DNA from: Octopus sinensis | Lineage: Eukaryota | Assembly (NCBI RefSeq): GCF_006345805.1 | Contig: NW_021828526.1 | Location: 1 to 8,305 of the forward strand | Length of the DNA: 8,305 nucleotides | Direction of reading: 5' to 3' | Shown: positions 1 through 7,319 of the stretch, piece after piece | How the letters are laid out: each line of letters opens with the position of its first letter | Position numbering within the stretch: the first letter of the stretch is position 1 | Notes under the pieces: model-generated | What the model saw: only the letters and a program-made list of their open reading frames with translations | The model's database searches: none | What the model was told of the DNA's origin: nothing | Made by a program: the position numbers and the translations under genes

Positions 1-400
1 ATGCGATAGATAAAGCCATGGGAACGTGCATTTGGACGCGCAAGTTCATCAGCTGTTGCGACCGACACTACGCGTACGCGAGAAAAATGCGCGTGCAATT
101 TGCGCAAAAAAAGCCGGCTGGTTTGAAATAATGCCACAAAATGCAGTATATTTAAGAGACAAAAAAAGTAAGATGCAAAAGAGATATTTTCTTTAAACTT
201 GGCATGAAGGAAGGAAAGACTATTTGGTTTCTCAAGAAGTTTTTTTTTTCTGCCTTAACTTCGTTTAACAAAGCCAAAATTTTTATTGAAATAAAGGCAT
301 GCTTAATTATTTTTTAATGAAAAGAAAACACTGATTGCTTTTTATTCAGCAGATATGATTCAGCACCGTCCATTGGACGGCGGGGAGGGCGTTTTGCTCG
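1..400 (+). mobile_element. Possible 3' end of a Helitron-like element
   Basis: A GC-rich hairpin CCGTCCA-T-TGGACGG (366-380) lies 16 nt before CTCG|T (397-401). This is a CTRR-like end with one mismatch, abutting a T in a TA-rich site. Confidence 0.35.
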
Positions 401-431
401 TATACATATATATATATAAAATAAATAAATG

Positions 432-670
432 TGCCATTTTAAAGCCTAGCCAGGCTCATTGGCCCGGTTTCCCGGTTTCAATGGCGTATGTGTTCCCTAG
501 CTGGACGGGACGCCAGTCCATCGCAGCGTTACTCATTTTTGCCAGCTGAGTGGACTGGAGCAACGTGAAATGAGTGTTTTTCTCAAGAACACAACGCGTC
601 GCCCGTTCAGGAATCGGCGCCACAATCTTACGATCATGATCTGACACCCTAACCACTAAACCATGCGCCT
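432..670 (-). mobile_element. tRNA-derived SINE (family 1)
   Basis: The minus-strand head AGGCGCATGGTTTAGTGGTTAGGGTG... has an A box and a degraded B box (GCGCCGATTCC). It is followed by TTGTGTTCTTGAGAAAAACACT and a body that I recall as an octopus SINE. An (ATAA)n stretch lies at about 418-430. Confidence 0.75.
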
Positions 671-694
671 ACCTACCACCACAAACGCACACAG

Positions 695-720
695 CACACA
701 CACACACACACACACACACA
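695..720. repeat. (CA)n microsatellite
   Basis: Direct reading. Confidence 0.95.
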
Positions 721-1076
721 TGTATTCAATGGAATAATTACTGTGAAGCATTGTGTAGAATCTATTGTATAAAGGATCGTGGGTAAGGCCAAAACAATGC
801 AAAGTAAAATGTAAGGTAAATCACAAGAAAACAAATATGCGGATTAATGTCGACTTACCTTGTATTCAATATTTCGGGGTTATGAGCCCATTTTCAAGAA
901 ATTGATGAATATTGCCGATGACATTGCTGTGTGTGTACATATATATATGATGATTTCATTTGAATGAAACAGCTCTAGTCCTGTAGAAGCTCCTTCTATA
1001 AAATAAATTAATTTACTCTGCCATGTATTGAGTACCTTATTTACTGTGGTTAACCCCGACTCAACCCGGGACCTAC

Positions 1077-1087
1077 ATATATATATA

Positions 1088-1128
<41 letters not shown>

Positions 1129-1210
1129 TATATTATATATATATATATATATATACCACTATATATTTGTGTTGTGTGTTGTGTTCTGTGTGTGTGTGTG
1201 TGCGTGTGTG
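1077..1210. repeat. Compound (TA)n / (TG)n microsatellite
   Basis: (TA)n covers about 1077-1154 and (TG)n about 1168-1210. A pyrimidine-rich tract follows to about 1341. Confidence 0.95.
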
Positions 1211-1341
1211 TGCGTGCGTGTGTGTGTGTGAAGATTAGATTTTTTTCCTCTCTTCCTCCTTTCTTGTTTTGTCTCACCAATTCACTTTCTCCCCCCATCT
1301 CTCTCCTCTTTCTCTCTCTCCCCTTTCCCCCTTTCTCTATA

Positions 1342-1576
1342 CCTATTTCTTTGCTACCCACAAGGGGCTAAACACAGAGGGGACAAACAAGGACAGACAT
1401 AGGTATTAAGTTCGATTATATCGACCCCAGTGCGTAACTGGAACTTAATTTATCAACCCCGAAAGGATGAAAGGCAAAGTCGACCTCGGCGGAATTTGAA
1501 CTCAGAATGTAACGGCAGACGAAATATGGCTTTGCATTTCGTCCGGCGTGCTAACGTTTCTGCCAGCTCGCCGCCC
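1342..1576 (-). mobile_element. tRNA-derived SINE (family 2), near full length
   Basis: The minus-strand head GGCGGCGAGCTGGCAGAAACGTTAGC has an A-box-like motif and a B box GAGTTCAAATTCC. Part of its body is repeated at 7588-7684 in this window. Confidence 0.85.
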
Positions 1577-1605
1577 CCTTTCTCTATATCTTCATCTCCC
1601 ACCGC

Positions 1606-1608
1606 TTA

Positions 1609-1639
<31 letters not shown>

Positions 1640-1640
1640 T
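1606..1640. repeat. (CT)n microsatellite acting as the polypyrimidine tract of the 1645 acceptor
   Basis: It lies directly upstream of CCAG|TCGCAATG. Confidence 0.85.
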
Positions 1641-1644
1641 CCAG

Positions 1645-1727
1645 TCGCAATGCTGAATCATAACCTCAATGAGATGCTAAAAGACAGAGCCTTTGTCGAT
1701 TACTTCAACATTTATCTGTGTCAACCG
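1645..1727 (+). CDS. RGSL1: Coding exon (83 nt, phase 1 to phase 0) of an RGSL1/RGS22-like regulator of G-protein signalling, N-terminal region
   Basis: A long (CT)n pyrimidine tract ends in TTCCAG (AG 1643-1644), and the donor is CCG|GTAAGT (GT 1728). It encodes xAMLNHNLNEMLKDRAFVDYFNIYLCQP (ATG at 1650, which could be the start codon). This matches, from memory, human RGSL1 NLIILLEDEVFADFFNTFLSLP and RGS22 DFLVDYFNEFLSLP. No database search was run. Confidence 0.75.
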
Positions 1728-1760
1728 GTAAGTCAGCAGACCCTCATTCACTTCTCTTTG

Positions 1761-2999
1761 TTGAACCTTATTGTTGTTTAGCCCCAGGTCAGTACTAATC
1801 CTGCAGACCTATGATCCGAGATGATCCAGCTGTGACCATTGAACCTTATTGTTGTTTAGCCCCAGGTCAGTCCTCATCCTGCAGACCTATGATCCGAGAT
1901 GATCCAGCTGTGACCATTGAACCTTATTGTTGTTTAGCCCCAGGTCAGTACTCATCCTGCAGACCTATGATCCGAGATGATCCAGCTGTGACCATGAACC
2001 TTATTGTTGTTTAGCCCCAGGTCAGTCCTCATCCTGCAGACCTATGATCCGGATGATCCAGCTGTGACCATTGAACCTATTGTTTTTAGCCCCAGGTCAG
2101 TCCTAATCCTGCAGACCTATGATCCGAGAATGATCCAGCTGTGACCATTGAACCTTATTGTTGTTTAGCCCCAGGTCAGTCCTCATCCTGCAGACCCGAG
2201 ATGATCCAGCTGTGACCATTGAACCTTATTGTTGTTTAGCCCCAGGTCAGTCCTCATCCTGCAGACCTATGATCCGAGATGATCCAGCTGTGACCATTGA
2301 ACCTTATTGTTGTTTAGCCCCAGGTCAGTCCTCATCCTGCAGACCTATGATCCGAGATGATCCAGCTGTGACCATTGAACCTTATTGTTGTTTAGCTCCA
2401 GGTCAGTACTAATCCTGCAGACCTATGATCCGAGATGATCCAGCTGTGACCATTGAACCTTATTGTTGTTTAGCCCCAGGTCAGTACTAATCCTGCAGAC
2501 CTATGATCCGAGATGATCCAGCTGTGACCATTGAACCTTATTGTTGTTTAGCTCCAGGTCAGTACTAATCCTGCAGACCTATGATCCGAGATGATCCAAC
2601 TGTGATCATTGAACCTTATTGTTGTTTAGCCCCAGGTCAGTCCTCATCCTGCAGACCTATGATCCGAGATGATCCAACTGTGATCATTGAACCTTATTGT
2701 TGTTTAGCCCCAGGTCAGTCCTCATCCTGCAGACCTATGATCCGAGATGATCCAGCTGTGACCATTGAACCTTATTGTTGTTTAGCCCCAGGTCAGTACT
2801 CATCCTGCAGACCTATGATCCGAGATGATCCAGCTGTGACCATTGAACCTTATTGTTGTTTAGCCCCAGGTCAGTCCTCATCCTGCAGACCTATGATCCG
2901 AGATGATCCAGCTGTGACCATTGAACCTTATTGTTGTTTAGCCCCAGGTCAGTACTCATCCTGCAGACCTATGATCCGAGATGATCCAGCTGTGACCAT
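1761..2999. repeat. 78-bp minisatellite, 16 tandem units
   Basis: The unit is TTGAACCTTATTGTTGTTTAGCCCCAGGTCAGTCCTCATCCTGCAGACCTATGATCCGAGATGATCCAGCTGTGACCA. Unit starts are about 1761, 1839, 1917, 1995, 2071, 2148, 2219, 2297, 2375, 2453, 2531, 2609, 2687, 2765, 2843 and 2921. Confidence 0.98.
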
Positions 3000-3195
3000 C
3001 CTGTCTTTTATTCAGACATAGTGTATCTAGGACTACATTAACCAATGTGTTCTTATTGTTTAGCCCCGGGTCAGTTCCGATTCAGCAGACCTATGATCAG
3101 AAATGGTCCAACCGTGACCATTCTGTCTTTTATTCTGACTACATTATCCAATGTGTCCTTCCTTGTTGTTGTTATTAGCCCTGGGTGAGTCCTGA
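3000..3195. repeat. Diverged longer-period (~105-122 bp) relatives of the minisatellite unit
   Basis: 3057-3121 aligns to the 78-mer with 11 mismatches over 65 nt. CTGTCTTTTATTC recurs at 3001 and 3123, and GACTACATTA recurs at 3031 and 3137. The last partial unit is interrupted by the SINE at 3196. Confidence 0.85.
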
Positions 3196-3399
3196 TTTAC
3201 TCTTTTACTTGTTTCAGTCATTTGACTGTGGCCATGTTGGAGCACCACCTTTAGTCGTGCAAATCGACCCCACGACTCAGTCTTTGGAAGCCTAGTGCTT
3301 ATTCTATCGGTCTCTTTTGCCGAACCGCTAAGTTACGGGGACGTAAACACACCAGCATCGGTTGTCAAGCGATGTTGGGGGGGGGACAAACAGATACAC

Positions 3400-3448
<49 letters not shown>

Positions 3449-3624
3449 CATACATATATACGACGGGTTTCTGTCAGTTTCCGTCTACCAAATCCGCCCA
3501 CAAGGTTTTGGTCAGCCCGAGGCTATAGTAGAAGACATTTACCCAAGATGCCATGCAGTGGGACTGAACCAGGAACCATGTGGTTGGTAAGCAAGCTACT
3601 TACCACACAGCCACTCCTACGCCT
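3196..3624 (-). mobile_element. tRNA-derived SINE (family 3), full length, with internal (CA)n/(TA)n
   Basis: The minus-strand head AGGCGTAGGAGTGGCTGTGTGGTAAG has an A box and GGTTCAGTCCC as B box. The tail is (TCTTTTAC)n on the + strand. It is closely similar to 4993-5395. Confidence 0.9.
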
Positions 3625-3690
3625 ATATATCCATCCTTAAATATTAATTGTCTGAAAATCCCCACTCTTTGCTTTCTTTCATGTTGCGCC

Positions 3691-3743
3691 GGGTCGATTT
3701 CATTGACTAAACCCTTGAAGGCAATGCTGCAGCATGGCCGTAG
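3691..3743 (+). mobile_element. Degenerate fragment of the family-3 SINE 3' region in the opposite orientation
   Basis: GGGTCGATTTCATTGACTAAACCCTTGAAGGCAATGCTGCAGCATGGCCGTAG resembles the reverse complement of GACTGCGGCCATGCTGGAGCACCGCCTTTAGTCGAGCAAATCGACCCC (5032-5079). Confidence 0.5.
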
Positions 3744-4345
3744 ACTAGCTGGCAAAAAAAGTAAGAGAACAGAAGAATCTTTACGGAGCTGAAGAGAATG
3801 GAAGCGTCAGAAGCAGACAATGTTTTGTGTAAATTCTCCGACAAGAAATTACTTTGAACATCAAGAAAGATTAGAAAAATTGAACAAAATGAATTTTGCC
3901 AAACTTTGGTCTTTACACAATATCAGGAAGGAACTCTTGCAAAAGACACCATTTTAATATGCAAGAATTGTTGCTTCTGATGTTGTTAAAGACAATAAGA
4001 GGAGACAGAGACGGAATTATTTGCGAGGTGGCGGCGAAGGCGGCGGGGGGGGGGGGAGTTCGTCTTTCACGTTTGAAGTCGGAATTCTAAAGAATTCACA
4101 ATGGTCGTCTGTTAAGACGGCCGCCTAGTTTCGTGATGTTGGTTGGTGTCTGGAATGGTAATGCGATTGGTTGTGTGTCACCGGTGCCACTGCCAGCTAC
4201 CGCCACCGCCACCGCCACTAGCAATAACCTGTGTGTGTATTTGTGCACGTGGGTGGGTGTGATTGTGTATATATATAGAATATATATATATACATACATA
4301 CATACATGTGATATTTTAGTGCCTTATAATTTAACACACTCACCG

Positions 4346-4630
4346 GTATATGTATGTATGTATGTGTATCTATATAGATATGTATGTATATATGCATGTA
4401 TGTATGTATGTATGTATGTTTGTATGTATGTATGTATGTATGTATGTATGTATCATTATGTATGTATGTATATATACATATATATATATACATACATATA
4501 TATATATCTATACATATATATATATTATATATATATATAATATATTATATATATATATATATATATAATATATATATATATATATAGAGAGAGCGAGAGA
4601 GAGAGAGAGAGAGAGAGATAGATAGATAGG

Positions 4631-4688
<58 letters not shown>
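4346..4688. repeat. Compound microsatellite (TATG)n-(TA)n-(GA)n-(GATA)n
   Basis: Direct reading. (GA)n covers about 4586-4617 and (GATA)n about 4617-4688. Confidence 0.95.
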
Positions 4689-4920
4689 TTCTATCGGTCT
4701 CTTATGCCGAACTTCTAAGTTATGGGAACATAAACGCAGAAACACCAGTTGTCAAGCGGCGGTGGGGGGACAAACACAAACACACACACACACACACACA
4801 CCACACATGCGATGAGCTTCAGTTTCCGTCTACCAAATCCACTCACAAGGCTTTGGTCAGCCTGAGGCTATAGTAGAAGACACTTGACCAAGGTGCCACG
4901 CAGTGGGATTGAACCCGGAA
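4688..4920 (-). mobile_element. Family-3 SINE, truncated at both ends, more diverged copy
   Basis: It shares ATTCTATCGGTCTCTT..., GTTGTCAAGCG, CAGTTTCCGTCTACCAAATCCACTCACAAGG and GGCTATAGTAGAAGACACTT with the copies at 3196-3624 and 4993-5395. Confidence 0.85.
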
Positions 4921-4944
4921 ATCGGTTCATTCTTTTTGAATAAC

Positions 4945-4958
4945 TCTGTATGTGTGTA

Positions 4959-4990
<32 letters not shown>
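4945..4990. repeat. (TG)n microsatellite
   Basis: Direct reading. Confidence 0.9.
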
Positions 4991-4991
<1 letters not shown>

Positions 4992-4992
4992 C

Positions 4993-5395
4993 TCTTTTAC
5001 TCTTTTACTCTTTTACTTGGTTCAGTCATTTGACTGCGGCCATGCTGGAGCACCGCCTTTAGTCGAGCAAATCGACCCCGGGACTTATTCTTTGTAAGCC
5101 CAGTACTTATTCTATCGGTTCTCTTTTGCCGAACCGCTAAGTGACGGGGACGTAAACACACTAGCATCGGTTGTCAAGCAATGCTAGGGGGACAAACACA
5201 GACACACAAACACATACATATATATATATATACATATATACGACGGGCTTCTTTCAGTTTCCGTCTACCAAATCCACTCACAAGGCATTAGTCGGCCCGG
5301 GGCTATAGCAGAAGACACTTGCCCAAGATGCCACGCAGTGGGACTGAACCCGGAACCATGTGGTTGGTAAGCAAGCTACTTACCACACAGCCACT
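4993..5395 (-). mobile_element. Family-3 SINE, near full length
   Basis: It is collinear with 3196-3624, has a (TCTTTTAC)3 tail, and lacks about 9 nt of the extreme 5' head. Confidence 0.9.
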
Positions 5396-5560
5396 ATATA
5401 TATTTTTGTAATGGAAATAAACCCAGTCATGTTTCTGCCTCATTGGACCTTATCAGCAAACCTCATGCAAAAATGTGTAGTGTCAAAGACAGCACGTCGT
5501 ATTTTTTCATAAATTCTCCTTAGACACGTATATATTCTTCTTCACTATCTCCATTCCTAG

Positions 5561-5635
5561 ATTTTCGGATATGGACTGATTTACCGATTTAATGAGATGG
5601 AATTTGTTGTGAATTCCCGTTTCCATGAACATGAG
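5561..5635 (+). CDS. RGSL1: Next coding exon (75 nt, phase 0-0) of the same RGSL1/RGS22-like gene
   Basis: The acceptor is TTCTTCTTCACTATCTCCATTCCTAG| and the donor is GAG|GTAAGT. The open frame reads IFGYGLIYRFNEMEFVVNSRFHEHE and joins in phase with the 1645-1727 exon, giving QP|IFG (compare RGSL1 LP|VFG, recalled). Confidence 0.7.
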
Positions 5636-5702
5636 GTAAGTAGTTCAAATCATGATAAATCCACTTGTGCTATTTGGGAATCCAATCGAGTTTTATAGCT
5701 GT

Positions 5703-5738
5703 TCTCTCTCTCTCTCTCTCTCTCTCTTATATATATAT

Positions 5739-5829
<91 letters not shown>

Positions 5830-5940
5830 GTAGCAGGTACGTACATACGTATATGCGTATATACGTACATACGTACATACGTATACGTACTTACGTACGT
5901 ATATATGTAGGTACGTACATATATGTATGTATGTATGCAT
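5703..5940. repeat. Compound (CT)n-(TA)n-(GA)n followed by TACG/TATG-type simple repeat
   Basis: (CT)n covers 5703-5727, (TA)n 5728-5813, (AG)n 5814-5829, and TACG-rich sequence about 5836-5940. Confidence 0.95.
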
Positions 5941-6824
5941 ATATTTTATTTATTAAATTACTGTATGACTGAGCGCCCTTGCGTCGTTTCGTTTCGTTTC
6001 TTTTCTTTTCTCCAAGTAAGTTTTTATATATAATTATGACGCGAACTCTGTAACCCTTTGCTTCACCTTTGCTTCCTTCCTGTCTGTCTTCCTCTTTGCC
6101 TGTCTCTCTCCTTCTTATTTTTCACCCTTTCTGGTTTCCTTTCCTCTCTATCTCTCTCTCTCTCACTCCTCCTCATCTCTCTCACTGCCGAGTCGACTAT
6201 CAACTTCCTTTCACTCGCAGCTTTCTACAAGTCAACACGACTTTTTCTTGCGCTCTGAATTTTTCCATCGTCTAGGCTTAAAAAAAAGCCCACAATGTTG
6301 GTTTCAGTGTCCTGTTTTTATTCTTTATGTGTACTGTATTTTTTTGTATTTGTATTTTTATTTTGTATTTGTATTTTTATTTGTATTGCTTTTACGTCCT
6401 ATCTTGTCACATTTTTTTCTTTCCTTGTTTTACCCCTCTGCAAAAGAATTTTATTTAATTATTTCGCAGGAAGGACTAAATCGACGGGTCGTGTTCTGTC
6501 CTTACCTTCGAAACACGCATTGAGTCGATCCAGGGACAGCTGATGAAGGGGAATATTCCTTGTATTGTTTGTCTTGTACTCTTTTCGTTTCTCGTTGAGT
6601 TCTACGTTTATTTGTGGTGTCCTGTACTCATATATATATACATATATATATATGCATGTATATATACATGTAGATGTAGGTACGTACATATATGTTATGT
6701 ATGTATGCATATTTATTTATCAAATTATTATTATTATATATCTTTCAACATGTGATCTCTTGAGCACCACCAGAAAAAATATTTTTTCCTCTGTCTTCCC
6801 TTCTTGGGATCTTTCCTTCTCCTT

Positions 6825-6859
6825 GTTTCCGACGAAGAGCTCCGCTCGAAACGTTAAAC
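6825..6859 (+). ncRNA. Minimal type I hammerhead ribozyme motif of the Penelope-like-element type
   Basis: The parts are GTTT (stem I), CCGACGA (CUGANGA core with U4C), an extra A, GAGC-TCC-GCTC (stem II), GAAA, C-GTT (palindromic AACGTT helix III, predicted cleavage after 6855) and AAAC (pairs with GTTT). Confidence 0.6.
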
Positions 6860-6964
6860 CTCCTCCTTCCCTTCTTTCCTGAGCGTCAATAATACTTTAA
6901 TTGTTCCACGTCTTGCGTTGCTGTGTTTTTTTCTCTTTTTTCTGTGTTTTCTTGTTTGATTAAC

Positions 6965-7017
6965 TTTATATATATATATCTATATATATATATAATATAT
7001 ATATATATTATATATAT
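6965..7017. repeat. (TA)n microsatellite
   Basis: Direct reading. Confidence 0.9.
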
Positions 7018-7319
7018 GTAACGGCAGAAATTGGATTGGTGTGGTTACCAGTTGTAACGGGAGAAATTATGATGATGTCGGAGTCAGCTGGTGTGATGAT
7101 AATTATTTTTCTGTTATAATTGCATCCTGTAAGATGGGAAAGATAGACAATGTGTGAAGTTTTAAGAAACTATTTATTTACCGTTACGTTACAATACCTT
7201 CGCATCCAAAAGCATGCGAAGTTTGTGTTTGTGTCCTCTTCATGGTTTAGTAGTAGCAATTACAGAGAGAGATAGAATGATGTTGTAAGAGAACAGTATT
7301 AGAGCTAGTGAAAGTTGTA

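Larger units (their letters stand above)
1728..5560 (+). other. GT-AG intron (3833 nt) between the two exons
   Basis: It begins GTAAGT and ends CCTAG, and is filled with minisatellite, SINEs and microsatellites. Confidence 0.65.

Noticed and set aside
775-822. Upstream first exon of the RGSL1-like gene using + strand donors TGG|GTAAGG or AAG|GTAAAT
   Set aside because: There is no in-frame ATG with phase 1 and no other support. The upstream exon cannot be located.
853-926. Minus-strand exon ending at AG|GTAAGT (+ strand ACTTACCT, 853-860)
   Set aside because: All three frames contain stops and the acceptor lacks a pyrimidine tract.
1761-2999. CRISPR-like array
   Set aside because: The units are contiguous with no unique spacers, there are no cas genes, and the context is eukaryotic.
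1811-3021. ORFs of repeated MIRDDPAVTIEPYCCLAPGQSSSCRP
   Set aside because: These are a by-product of a unit length divisible by 3. They are broken by indels in units 4-6 and by in-frame TAA in the TACTAA variants, and they lie inside the predicted intron.
6221-6350. Candidate next RGSL1-like exon (CTCGCAG|LSTSQHDFFLRSEFFHRL...)
   Set aside because: The acceptor is plausible and FFLRSEF is vaguely RGS-like, but there is no convincing donor and the frame runs into low-complexity T-rich DNA. It needs RNA-seq to assess.
6773-6788. Perfect 16-bp palindrome GAAAAAATATTTTTTC
   Set aside because: It is low-complexity A/T sequence expected by chance in this composition.
1028-6882. Numerous YIYI/CVCV/THTH/LSLS ORFs in the supplied track
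   Set aside because: They are translations of microsatellites, pyrimidine tracts and SINEs. Only the 1645-1727 part of ORF 1548..1781 is supported as coding.
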